Assembly: GCA_015231825.1 (NCBI GenBank)
Contig: JADGAV010000009.1
Location: 2,677-66,676 of the forward strand
Length of the DNA: 64,000 nt
Origin: SAR324 cluster bacterium
GTDB taxonomy: Bacteria; SAR324; NAC60-12
Reading direction: 5' to 3'
Shown: positions 1 through 9,512 of the stretch, one piece after another
Position numbering within the stretch: position 1 is the first letter of the stretch
Layout: every line of letters starts with the position of its first letter
Made by a program: the position numbers and the translations under genes
Notes under the pieces: generated by a model
The model's database searches: none
What the model was told of the DNA's origin: nothing
Seen by the model: the letters and a program-made list of their open reading frames with translations, nothing else

Positions 1-97
1 AAAAAGTCTTTAAAGGGAACCATCGTATAAAACCCATAGCCAGTCGAAAAAAGATCGAATCCTTTTGATTCAACGTAAGATGGTTTATCCCTACCAT
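1..97 (-). CDS. Possible 5' fragment of a gene running off the left edge (MVGINHLTLNQKDSIFFRLAMGF...)
   Basis: ATG at 97 on minus strand preceded by AAAAGGAA; frame open to window edge; only 32 codons visible. Confidence 0.3.
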   Translation of the reverse strand, partial: MVGINHLTLNQKDSIFFRLAMGFIRWFPLKTF

Positions 98-414
98 TTC
101 CTTTTATATGTTGTGTTCCAAAATTGTTCCATTGACACACATAAATTAGCAATAATTGAAGGTAAATCAGGGGAATCTATATCGTGAGTCCGGCTTCACT
201 CATTCTTTAGTTGAAAATCGAATTGACTGAGTGAATTCAAGGCAAATCAACTATAAATAATTGATACTTATAAGTAAAAATGGAAAGAGTTTTAAAATAA
301 TTAGATTCAATTAAGCAAGCCTGACACATCTTCGGTCAACCTGTTCGCCCCGAAAGACGGCCAATACTTCTCTGTACCTGTCATCGCCATCACTCCTGCG
401 TTGGAGGTCAAATG

Positions 415-1383
415 CTATTTTGACTTTAGTCTGTTGAATAATTTTTCAACTTTATCCTGGAATTTGGAATCATCAGACAGCCTCCTTTTGACTCTGGCGA
501 TGGTAGAGGCGATTGAACTGGCAGAGTTGACCTCAAATTGTCCTGCGATGTTTCCATAGGGTTCAATCCGAATATGCCGAATAAGATAAATTGCCACATC
601 CCGTGCTTCGTTTTGTTTTCCTCTTTTTGCCTTCAGAACATTCCGCGGTTCCAAGTGATACTCCTGGCAAATCTCTGCAATAATCTCGTCCATAGGTGGA
701 GCGAGTGCTTTGACTTCAGGAAAAGTGTGGGGGGAATATTCATTCAGGTATTCTTCACGAATTTCCTGAATAAATGGCCCACTCCCCAGCACAGGAGGCC
801 ATTTTTTTGACAAGTAAAGTTTGCTGATTTCTTCCGGTTCCTGTTTGGAAACGAAACTTTGATAGAGTATCTTTTGGGAAGAAGAAGCGGAAGCGAAAAA
901 ATTCAGCAAGAAATCTTTGTTCAACCAGTCCCATTTTTTTGATCGTGTGAGATATCCTTGATGGCTGGTCCAGGGATAGTCACCAAGGGACTTTTCAAGC
1001 TGGGCTTCAGTAGGATTTCGATGAATGTAGCGGAGAACTTCCAGCAAATAGGCATCTTCTTCAATGACAATGGCTTTGTATCTTCCGCGGAACAGTTGAC
1101 TGTCGCACCCATGATGGCGATTAAATCGCTGCGTGTAAACTCCATTGATGTGTCTCATGCAGCGTGAAAGATTGGCCTGTGGTGTTTGAACCAGCAAATG
1201 ATAGTGATTGGGCATCAGGCAATAGGCACTCACCCGAAGATCAAAAAGATTTTTGGTTTCCAACAATAGCTGTATAAAACGTTCGTGGTCGTCTTTTGTT
1301 AAAAAAATTGATTCTCCCCGCCTGCCCCGGTTCATTACATGATACCAGGCGTTGGGGAATTCGATTCTCAGGGGACGGGGCAT
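415..1383 (-). mobile_element. Y1 HUH transposase, REP-associated tyrosine transposase (RAYT/IS200-like) with C-terminal DnaA_C-like helix-turn-helix
   Basis: N-term MPRPLRIEFPNAWYHVMNRG, HUH motif LMPNHYHLL, GRYKAI, YIHRNP, DYPWTS; C-term RDVAIYLIR...IAGQF typical of DnaA_C-type HTH tail. Confidence 0.9.
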
Positions 1384-1412
1384 TGCACTCCTTCATTCTG
1401 GCAAATTTATTC

Positions 1413-1435
1413 GGAGACTGTTTTCTGCAGTCTCC
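1413..1435. repeat. Perfect 8-bp hairpin upstream of the transposase
   Basis: GGAGACTG-N7-CAGTCTCC; HUH transposases recognise subterminal hairpins. Confidence 0.55.
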
Positions 1436-1521
1436 AGCATTCCCGTTTGCGGTGATGTAAAAATGGCTCAGATCCTATTCGAAAAAAGTTCAAACACTAT
1501 GGAAGAACATCATTAAAAAAT

Positions 1522-1547
1522 AAAGACAAATAAATACTTGACCCCTA
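1522..1547. repeat. Putative element-end motif, copy 1 (AAAGACAAATAAATACTTGACCCCTA)
   Basis: Reverse complement matches 46411-46436 at 25/26 nt; related GGAGGTCAA at 403-411 beside the transposase stop. Confidence 0.7.
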
Positions 1548-1567
1548 AAAATTGAATTGGATATAAT
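1538..1567 (+). promoter_or_regulatory. Sigma70-type promoter for the puuD-like/rtcB/lptF genes
   Basis: TTGACC (1538-1543)-N18-TATAAT (1562-1567). Confidence 0.6.
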
Positions 1568-1657
1568 CGAACAATCTGTTAAGTTCCATTCCTGTCTGTC
1601 GCAGTATGGAAGAAAGCTTCCGGTGAGCTTGTGTCACCTAATCAAGAAGAGAGAAGT

Positions 1658-2422
1658 ATGATCAAAATTGGAGTTTCAGCATGTTTGATGTATCCTGATC
1701 TGGAAAGGCAATTTTTCAGAACGAAAACCCTGTGTTATCTTGAAAAAGATATGTCGGAATACCTAACAAGAGACGGTGTTCTTCCTATTTTGATTCCGCT
1801 TTTGAGTGAAAATCAGCTGCTGACATTTCTTCAGGAAATGGATGGGTTTGTTTTTCAAGGTGGCACCGATGTTTCTCCGAAATCTTACGGGGATTCATTT
1901 CTGGATGAAAACAAATGGCCGGGGGATTTTGAACGGGATCAATTTGAATTAAGGATCATGGACTATGCTTTCCAGCATTCAAAACCAGTCTATGGTATTT
2001 GCCGGGGATTTCAATTGATCAACACCTATTTCAAAGGTACCTTGTTCCAAGATCTCGAAGTACAGCTTGCCAATTCCCTGACCCATCGGGATGCAGAAAC
2101 GTACGACCATTTGTTTCATGAAATCGAATTCTCAAAGGGGGGATATTTGGAAAAACTGTTTGAAGGGATTGAATCTCCTCTGGTGAATTCAGTTCATCAT
2201 CAGGGAGTGAAGACGCTTGGTGAAAATTTGGTGGTGGAAGCCATTTCCAGGAAAGATGAATTGATTGAAGCTTTTACCTACAATGACATGCAAGAAAAAT
2301 TTATCCTCGGTGTGCAGTGGCATCCTGAATTTTCCCATACCCTGGGATCAAAAATCATCTCTCCGAATCCGCTTTATGAATTATTTTTGGAAGCCGTTTC
2401 AAAATTTAAAAAGCATTGTTGA
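1658..2422 (+). CDS. Gamma-glutamyl-gamma-aminobutyrate hydrolase family (peptidase C26, class I glutamine amidotransferase fold)
   Basis: GFVFQGGTDVSP, catalytic GICRGFQ, VNSVHHQG, GVQWHPE; ATG 1658 preferred over GTG 1631. Confidence 0.9.
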   Translation: MIKIGVSACLMYPDLERQFFRTKTLCYLEKDMSEYLTRDGVLPILIPLLSENQLLTFLQEMDGFVFQGGTDVSPKSYGDSFLDENKWPGDFERDQFELRIMDYAFQHSKPVYGICRGFQLINTYFKGTLFQDLEVQLANSLTHRDAETYDHLFHEIEFSKGGYLEKLFEGIESPLVNSVHHQGVKTLGENLVVEAISRKDELIEAFTYNDMQEKFILGVQWHPEFSHTLGSKIISPNPLYELFLEAVSKFKKHC

Positions 2423-2529
2423 GAATTTGAAGGGGCGGATCTTGAAAAGTCCGGCGAATTCAGAAGGCAGATCGATGATGGAACGGGTCGTTCAGGGATA
2501 TATTTTTTTGTGGAAGTGACCTTCATCCA

Positions 2530-3732
2530 ATGAAATGGGTAAATGAAATGAACCCGATGAAACTGTCTACCCGGCATCCGGTACTTTCCTGGGTCAATCA
2601 TGAATTGGGAGCCTCTGAATTCAATATGATCAGGAACATGGCTAATCTTCCCTGTATCTTTAAACACATTTCACTGATGCCGGACGCCCATTTGGGCAAG
2701 GGAGCGATGGTCGGGTCGGTGATTGCGACAAAAGATGCAATCATTCCTGCTGCGGTGGGGGTGGATATCGGATGCGGGATGATGGCTAAAAAACTGCCCA
2801 TCAAGGCATCTGCACTTGAGGGGAAACTGCATGATCTTCGACTTGCAATAGAATCCAGGATTCCAGTGGGTTTTGCCGGGAACACCCATCTCGAAAAATC
2901 TGTAAATCAATGGAAAGGCTGGAAACGATTTTCTGACCTGCATCCGGATGTGCAGAAAAAAGAAAAAAAAGCGTTCGCACAATTGGGATCCCTGGGGGGT
3001 GGAAATCATTTCATTGAAATTTGTATTGATTGGGATGCTGCAGATCCTGATCTTTGGTTGATGCTGCACAGCGGTTCTCGTCACATCGGCAATGCCATTG
3101 CTACTTCGCACATCAAAACAGCCAAACATCTTAGGAAGCTGGCGGATCAAAAGGTCCCTGATCCCGATCTATCCTTTTTTGTCAAAGGGACAAAAGAATT
3201 TAACGCTTACTGGCGGGATCTCCAATGGGCTCAAAAATATGCCTTCAAAAATAGGGAGATCATGATGGACCGTTTGATGGCGATCATGGCTCGATACCTC
3301 AACAAAGGAGATCCAATTGAGGTGATGTTTTCCGTCAATTGCCACCACAATTATGCTGTTTTGGAGGAACATTACGGCGAAGAAGTTTATGTCACCCGGA
3401 AAGGTGCTGTTGAAGCGGGGAACGGTGTTTTTGGTATCATCCCCGGTTCGATGGGCAGTAAATCGTATATTGTCAGAGGAAAAGGCAATCCGCAGAGCTT
3501 TTGTTCGTGCAGTCATGGTGCCGGACGGGCCATGTCACGGACCCAGGCAAAGAAACAATTTTCAGTTCAAGATTTGGAATTGCAGACCTCGGGAGTGGAA
3601 TGTCGCAAGGATCGGGGTGTGCTGGATGAAATTCCGGGCGCGTATAAGGACATCGATCACGTTATGGATGCTCAATCGGACCTTGTAGAAATTGTCGCCT
3701 GTCTCAAGCAGGTATTGTGTGTGAAGGGATAA
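2530..3732 (+). CDS. rtcB: RtcB family RNA 3'-phosphate/5'-OH ligase
   Basis: MPDAHLGKG, GVDIGCGM, GSLGGGNHFIE, HSGSR, CHHNY, RKGA, PGSMG, SHGAGR, DEIPGAYK, C-terminal VKG; true start may be 2548. Confidence 0.95.
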   Translation: MKWVNEMNPMKLSTRHPVLSWVNHELGASEFNMIRNMANLPCIFKHISLMPDAHLGKGAMVGSVIATKDAIIPAAVGVDIGCGMMAKKLPIKASALEGKLHDLRLAIESRIPVGFAGNTHLEKSVNQWKGWKRFSDLHPDVQKKEKKAFAQLGSLGGGNHFIEICIDWDAADPDLWLMLHSGSRHIGNAIATSHIKTAKHLRKLADQKVPDPDLSFFVKGTKEFNAYWRDLQWAQKYAFKNREIMMDRLMAIMARYLNKGDPIEVMFSVNCHHNYAVLEEHYGEEVYVTRKGAVEAGNGVFGIIPGSMGSKSYIVRGKGNPQSFCSCSHGAGRAMSRTQAKKQFSVQDLELQTSGVECRKDRGVLDEIPGAYKDIDHVMDAQSDLVEIVACLKQVLCVKG

Positions 3733-4838
3733 TGATCTTTTTTCGATACATTTTTGTTCAATTGCTGGTGCCCTATTTTCTGGGTGTGACAATTCTCACT
3801 TTTGTGCTCTCACTCGATACAATCTATCGTCTGGTCAACTTGCTGATCACCAAAGGAGGAGGAAGCAGTATTGTTTTTTTGATTCTTTATCGAATGCCTC
3901 AGTTTTTGGCCTCTACTCTTCCGCTTGGGGTGGTGATTGCCGTGATCGTCGTGATGGCGCGCCTCTCCCTCGATTTAGAAATAGTCGCCATGAGGGCTGC
4001 CGGATTTGGGGTAAAAACTCTTATTTTTCCAGTACTGGCCTTTGCTTTTGTTGTTACATTGACAACCTATTTTATGACGCTTTGGGCTCAACCAACGGGT
4101 TATGCCGCATTTGAAGCAGAAAAATTCAGGCTGCTCAAATCTCAGGCTTCCAAACAGATTCAACCCAAAGTAATCAATCAAGACTTCAGTGGAAAAATTT
4201 TGTATGTCGATGCAAAAGAAGAAAATGAACAATTACTGGGAGTTTTTATTGCAGATCAGGAGATTAAAGAACAATCCATGGTCATCATGGCCAATCGAGG
4301 GAAGTTCAATTTAAACGAATCCGATCAGGAAATGAAATTGGAGCTCTCCGACGGCGCAATTCACCTCACTGCAGAGGAGCCGGAGATATATCGTACCATA
4401 GATTTTAAGACGCTCAATTATGTCTTTCAGGAATCAGGTGTCCCCCAGGAAAGCTCAGCGATTTGGGGGATTCCGACAATGGAATTGACCTCTGTTGATC
4501 GAAAAAGCGCGTTGATGGAATTGCTGCTGCGATTGACCAGTCCCTTGGCGGCGCTGGTCCTCGCATTAGCGGCCATCCCCCTGGGAGTGACTGATCCAAG
4601 AAGCGGACGCACCGGATCGTATCTTCGCGCAGTGATCCTTGTGATTGCCTACTATATATTGTGGATGGGTGCGAAAAATATGACTTTTAAAGAATTGGTT
4701 TCCCCCCATATTTTGTGGTGGCCTCCGTTCATTATTTTGCTTTACGGGTTATATACGCTTTACAAAATGGATTACAATTTGAAAAGTTTTGCGACGGTAT
4801 TCCGTCATTTGTGGTCCAAAAAAATTTTATCTCAATAG
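3732..4838 (+). CDS. LptF/LptG (YjgP/YjgQ) family LPS export permease
   Basis: 3 N-terminal TM helices, EIVAMRAAG motif, periplasmic beta domain, 3 C-terminal TM helices; ATG overlaps rtcB stop (TAATG). Confidence 0.85.
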   Translation: MIFFRYIFVQLLVPYFLGVTILTFVLSLDTIYRLVNLLITKGGGSSIVFLILYRMPQFLASTLPLGVVIAVIVVMARLSLDLEIVAMRAAGFGVKTLIFPVLAFAFVVTLTTYFMTLWAQPTGYAAFEAEKFRLLKSQASKQIQPKVINQDFSGKILYVDAKEENEQLLGVFIADQEIKEQSMVIMANRGKFNLNESDQEMKLELSDGAIHLTAEEPEIYRTIDFKTLNYVFQESGVPQESSAIWGIPTMELTSVDRKSALMELLLRLTSPLAALVLALAAIPLGVTDPRSGRTGSYLRAVILVIAYYILWMGAKNMTFKELVSPHILWWPPFIILLYGLYTLYKMDYNLKSFATVFRHLWSKKILSQ

Positions 4839-4912
4839 AAGCCGAATCTTTTGTCTGCAATAAGGATGAACCGGCTTGCTGGAAGTCTGGAATTGAATTT
4901 TCCTGGTTTGGA

Positions 4913-5320
4913 TTATTCGTCTGAGGAAGGTGCGGAAGAGCGGTCAAAAACCATGTGGATTTTTTTAATGACCAACTCCCGATCGAAGGGTTTGGTGATG
5001 TAATTGTTGACCCCTGCTTTAAATGCCTTGTTAACAAATTGCTTTTCAGTATGAATCGTGATCATGATTACCGGAATATCGTGAGTCTGAGCGGTTTCTC
5101 GGATCCTCTCCAGTAATTTCAAGCCATTCATTTGCTGCATGTTCCAATCGGTGATCACCAGGTCGAAAGGTTCCGATTTTAATAGTTCCCAAGCCGCTTC
5201 CCCATTTTCTGCTTCAGTGATGTTAAAAAAATTCGCATGTTCCAGAATAGTGCGCAGAAGGATTCTCATCTGCTCGTTGTCATCGACAATTAAAATGCGA
5301 ATTTCTGGAGAGGCGGGCAT
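4913..5320 (-). CDS. CheY-like single-domain response regulator
   Basis: ILIVDD, DLVITDWNM, PVIMIT, YITKPF; no output domain. Confidence 0.85.
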   Translation of the reverse strand: MPASPEIRILIVDDNEQMRILLRTILEHANFFNITEAENGEAAWELLKSEPFDLVITDWNMQQMNGLKLLERIRETAQTHDIPVIMITIHTEKQFVNKAFKAGVNNYITKPFDRELVIKKIHMVFDRSSAPSSDE

Positions 5321-5535
5321 AGTCAGTTTTCAAATGGTTAAATCAGCATTGTGTCGCCATCATTTCTTGACTGGGTTATACCTTTGTGCCAAAAGGGTGT
5401 CAAGCAAAGGAAGACAAAATGTGGCCTGGAGTCATGAGTGGTAGAGAAATACTGAACCCGACAGGAACCAGAAATATCTTTGGTTTAAATAAATTTACTA
5501 CTTCTCTATTTCAGTGAAGAGGAGAATTCATAAAA

Positions 5536-5868
5536 ATGAATGTGCATTTTTTACTGATTCGCAGGCGAATGATTCTGTTTTTGGGAGTGCCTTTATTGCT
5601 GTTCATGATGGCATGCAGTAGCAATGAAAAAAAGGAGCTTTCAGTCTTTTATCGGGTTCGCAGGTGTTATGATTCTGAGTGTGATAAATTGAAAAGATTT
5701 GGTCCCACACTCTCCATTACAAAAAAGTACCGACCCGGAAAGTTGTGCTTCAAAGAGCAATGTGAGCTTTTGGAAGAATATGGCCCGAACGGTATGCCCA
5801 TACTTGAGCAGCTCAAGGAAGAACTGAAGAAAAAACAAGGTCTTGTCAATATCCTTAAGGAACATTGA
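5536..5868 (+). CDS. Hypothetical small lipoprotein with two Cys-pair repeats
   Basis: Signal with lipobox-like FMMAC; RBS GAAGAGGAG upstream; CYDSECDKLKRFGP / CFKEQCELLEEYGP. Confidence 0.55.
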   Translation: MNVHFLLIRRRMILFLGVPLLLFMMACSSNEKKELSVFYRVRRCYDSECDKLKRFGPTLSITKKYRPGKLCFKEQCELLEEYGPNGMPILEQLKEELKKKQGLVNILKEH

Positions 5869-5884
5869 TCTTTCCCTTTTGAGA

Positions 5885-6361
5885 TCAGGACTCCAGCGAT
5901 TCATCCTTCTGCAATTGTTTGATATATTGGTTCAATTCAGCTTTTTGTTCTTCATTCAATTCAGCGAACTCTACACAAATTTGATATCCTTCTCTCTTCT
6001 CTTTCGGGATCGGCTGGTTGGTTTCAATATCCCACTCTCCCTTATTCGGGTTGACTGGAGAAATCCAGCGAATTTCTGAATTCAATTGAAGTGAAGAGTT
6101 GAGAATGATGGTGACCGGACCCCCTTCTGTCAGTTGCTCTTCTTCATTGAGCAATTGAAAGGCCTCATCTGACAATATTTTTTCAATCAGGCTGGATCTG
6201 CCAATAAATTTGATACCCCCGGGAGAGATATCGTCTCCAATCACAAAAATGGGTTGTTCGAGTTGATCTGAAGTGATTTCGAACGTTTCCTCAAAAGGAA
6301 CACGGTCGTTTCCTCTTCGATCGGGGTCGTCATCCAAAAAATCTTCTAAAAAATCTGCCAT
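5885..6361 (-). CDS. PilZ domain protein (c-di-GMP receptor)
   Basis: RRGNDRVPF (RxxxR), DISPGG (DxSxGG), C-terminal YQICVEF...LNQYI; RBS AGGAGG. Confidence 0.8.
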   Translation of the reverse strand: MADFLEDFLDDDPDRRGNDRVPFEETFEITSDQLEQPIFVIGDDISPGGIKFIGRSSLIEKILSDEAFQLLNEEEQLTEGGPVTIILNSSLQLNSEIRWISPVNPNKGEWDIETNQPIPKEKREGYQICVEFAELNEEQKAELNQYIKQLQKDESLES

Positions 6362-6671
6362 ATTCCTCCTTTATCGTTTTACCCTGGATCAATTTTTGAC
6401 GGAAAATTTTCACAAAAAAATTTTTTATTTTTTCGTGTTATTGAATTTCGGCTATATTCACCTGGTTTTTTTCGGTATTTCAAATCCTGAAAGTTCTGAA
6501 AATAAAACTCTTTCCTCTTTATTCCGTTCAAATGTGCTGTCTGAATCAAAAGAAAGTTGCTTTATTTTTAGATAGGCCTGTATTATTTTTGTTCGCGTCC
6601 AATTTTTGCATGCCACTGGGAATTCTTCGTGATTATTCAAAATCAGTTCGAGATGAAGAAAGAGGTGTAAG

Positions 6672-8075
6672 GTGTTGAAACGGCACAATGAAATACTGGT
6701 GACAATGATTTTTCTTTGGGATTTAGTGTTGTGCTACGCCTCCTGGGAGCTGGCTTATTTTGCGAGATTCTTTTGGCTGAATTTTCCTGCCGCAAAATTT
6801 ATTCCTCCTCACGATCAATATTTTAAAGCGGTTGCCGTCTTGATTGTGTTAACAGGGATCGTCTTTGTTTTTTCCGGGGCCTACCAATCCCAAAGAGTAT
6901 TGAGGCTTTCTCAGGAACTTCCTCATCTGCTAAAAGCCTGTTTCTGGTTGTTTATCGGTTTACTTGCGATCGCCTTTTTTTACCGTAAATTTTCCTATTC
7001 CCGCATACACATGCTCTATTTCATGAGCATTTTCCTGGTTTTGCTCACCCTGTTTCGAATGGGGATGCAATCGATGCTGAAGATGCTTCACAAACGGGGA
7101 TGGCATGTCAGAAATATCGCCATTTTAGGGAACTCAGAAATGATCGTCAATTTTGTTGAGACACTCAATCAATATCACAATTCAGGAATGGTTTTCAAAG
7201 GGATTATTCGCCTGCCCCGTAATAATACCCGAGAATCGTTCAAAAAATTTCCAGTCTTGGGGAACATTGAAGAAATTGACTCCATCGTCAATGATTACAA
7301 GATTGACCAAATATTTATTGCTTTGTCGAATGAAGAAAAAACGGATTTGTCCTATTGCTATGAAGTGCTGTTTGACCAGATGGTTGATATAAAAATCATC
7401 CCGGATTTGGGCCCATTCAAGCTTTTGCACACGGATGTTGAACATTTTGATGATGTCCCTATCGTAACGATTGTACAAAGTCCGATGGATGGCTGGAATA
7501 GTGTCCAGAAACGAGTATTGGATTTTTGCGGATCGCTGTTTGCGACGATTCTTTTTGCCCCGGTGATGGTGATTATTAGTGCTTTGATAAAACTGACTTC
7601 TCCTGGCCCCGTTCTTTATAAGCAGGAAAGGATGGGTTTGGATGGAGTGACTTTCCAGGCATTGAAATTTCGGTCAATGCACCTCAATGCAGAAAATCAG
7701 ACCGGAGCGGTTTGGGCGGTTCCCAATGATAACCGCCGGACGGTACTGGGCAGCATTTTGCGAAAAACCAGCCTCGATGAATTGCCTCAACTTTTTAATA
7801 TTCTAAAAGGCGAAATGAGTATGGTTGGACCCCGCCCGGAGCGACCGGTTTTTATCAGTGATTTCAAGAAGAGAATCCCCAATTATATGCTGCGCCACAA
7901 AGTGAAGGCAGGCCTGACCGGATGGGCACAGATCAATGGCTGGCGCGGCGATACGTCTTTGGAGAAACGAATCGAATATGACCTTTTTTATATAGAACAC
8001 TGGTCCATCTGGTTTGATATAAAAATCCTGTTCCTGACAATATTCAAAGGATTCATCAATCCGAATGCCTATTGA
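6672..8075 (+). CDS. wcaJ: Undecaprenyl-phosphate glucose phosphotransferase (WcaJ family)
   Basis: N-terminal TM block, QKRVLD, PGPVLYKQERMG, KFRSM, LRKTSLDELPQ, MVGPRPERP, KAGLTGWAQINGWRGDT, DLFYIEHWS. Confidence 0.9.
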   Translation: MLKRHNEILVTMIFLWDLVLCYASWELAYFARFFWLNFPAAKFIPPHDQYFKAVAVLIVLTGIVFVFSGAYQSQRVLRLSQELPHLLKACFWLFIGLLAIAFFYRKFSYSRIHMLYFMSIFLVLLTLFRMGMQSMLKMLHKRGWHVRNIAILGNSEMIVNFVETLNQYHNSGMVFKGIIRLPRNNTRESFKKFPVLGNIEEIDSIVNDYKIDQIFIALSNEEKTDLSYCYEVLFDQMVDIKIIPDLGPFKLLHTDVEHFDDVPIVTIVQSPMDGWNSVQKRVLDFCGSLFATILFAPVMVIISALIKLTSPGPVLYKQERMGLDGVTFQALKFRSMHLNAENQTGAVWAVPNDNRRTVLGSILRKTSLDELPQLFNILKGEMSMVGPRPERPVFISDFKKRIPNYMLRHKVKAGLTGWAQINGWRGDTSLEKRIEYDLFYIEHWSIWFDIKILFLTIFKGFINPNAY

Positions 8076-8307
8076 TTGACGAAAAAAGAAGAAGCATCGT
8101 TTTAAAAAAGCGAGGTTTTCTGATTTCAAATGAATGAAGCCGGTAATCGAAATGATGCCTCTGCTCCGAATTGGTATTTTCCATGCATACAGTAGAAGAA
8201 ATCGGGTTTTTTTGAGTCCAGTAATTTTCTTTAAAATTAAAAAATTGATTTTATAGTCTCTTTAATTCGGAAGTCCTTATTCCGATTTTTCTAAGGATAG
8301 CGTTTTC

Positions 8308-9420
8308 ATGTACGATGCATCAAGAACCACCATTCCGGCAGAACCATCACAAGAAAGTGGACTTTCGCTCAATGTCAATCAGCAATTTCGTACACAGGCC
8401 AGAGATGTTTTGAATCGACTTGAAATTGTGCGGGGTGAATTGAACAGTTCCGATTCGTTTCTTCCGCTTTTTCAATCGGTGCGAGCCAAAGTGATTGATC
8501 ATGCCTTCAATGGGAAGGATCCTGATTTGGATGTGGACTCTTTAATCAAATTAACCGGTCCTAATAAAAGTGAACTGGATTTTGAAATCTTTCGCCCCAG
8601 TCAGATTCAGAAATGCACTCCCATGCACTTCGAAAAGAGGACGCATCTGAAAATCGGCAGGACTATTCTCAATCTAAAAGAACTTCGAAAAGCTTATGGC
8701 GGATTTCAGCTGCAGGAGTTGGAAGATCAATTGCAGAGTTATCTGGAATTGAGCAGTGCCTTTGTTCTTCGTCAACGTTTGATTTCTTTATCAAAAAGTT
8801 CTAACTTCCAAGCCTATTTGCAGTTGAAAAAAGAATTTTTGGAAGAGTGGACGGAATCTCAACAAGCCCTTCAGGGAAAGTTCAATGCGACACCTTTAGT
8901 CGATATGGATTTGTCGGACACGATGAAGGCGCTCTCTCAACAGAAACCGATGATTGTCCAGAAACCGCAGGTGCTTCGCTTCACGGATTATCAGTTCTTT
9001 CGACAATTCAACACCACGACTCATCAGCATGTTCATTCCAATAGTTTGGATTTTTGGAAAACAGAAAAGAATCGGGATTATTTCCATCAGATGATTACAT
9101 CGATTCGTCAAAAATTTCCGGTCGATGCTCCTTTTCATATATTCCGTTTTGAAAATTCGTTCACTTACTTTCTTTGCGGATTTTCAGATGAGTGTGTGTC
9201 CGAGGCGATTCTCCAGGACCAGGAATACGCTCCAGTCCACGCAAAAATCATCATGCGTCAAAGCAATAAATCATACCGCGAACTGCAGTCCCAGGATGCA
9301 GGCAACCGCACCCTTTACTTCAATTGCCTCAAGGAAGCCATGCTTCCCTTTGTTGAGGAACTCAGTCAACGGCTTCAAATGAATTTGCCGACAGATTTTG
9401 TTGGATTTTTTAGAGTGTGA
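8308..9420 (+). CDS. Hypothetical protein (370 aa)
   Basis: Long ORF with ATG and AAGGA RBS; no family recognised. Confidence 0.7.
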   Translation: MYDASRTTIPAEPSQESGLSLNVNQQFRTQARDVLNRLEIVRGELNSSDSFLPLFQSVRAKVIDHAFNGKDPDLDVDSLIKLTGPNKSELDFEIFRPSQIQKCTPMHFEKRTHLKIGRTILNLKELRKAYGGFQLQELEDQLQSYLELSSAFVLRQRLISLSKSSNFQAYLQLKKEFLEEWTESQQALQGKFNATPLVDMDLSDTMKALSQQKPMIVQKPQVLRFTDYQFFRQFNTTTHQHVHSNSLDFWKTEKNRDYFHQMITSIRQKFPVDAPFHIFRFENSFTYFLCGFSDECVSEAILQDQEYAPVHAKIIMRQSNKSYRELQSQDAGNRTLYFNCLKEAMLPFVEELSQRLQMNLPTDFVGFFRV

Positions 9421-9512
9421 TCCCCAGCTTGATTGACAAAGCCCTTCGATAACAGGTAATCTGCACGATGCCAATCTCGGTAGATTGACTTGTCCTTTAA
9501 AAATCAAAAATA

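Noticed and set aside
2478-2494. Sigma54 promoter for rtcB (TGGAAC-N5-GTTCA)
   Set aside because: The -12 GC dinucleotide is missing, and no rtcR is nearby.
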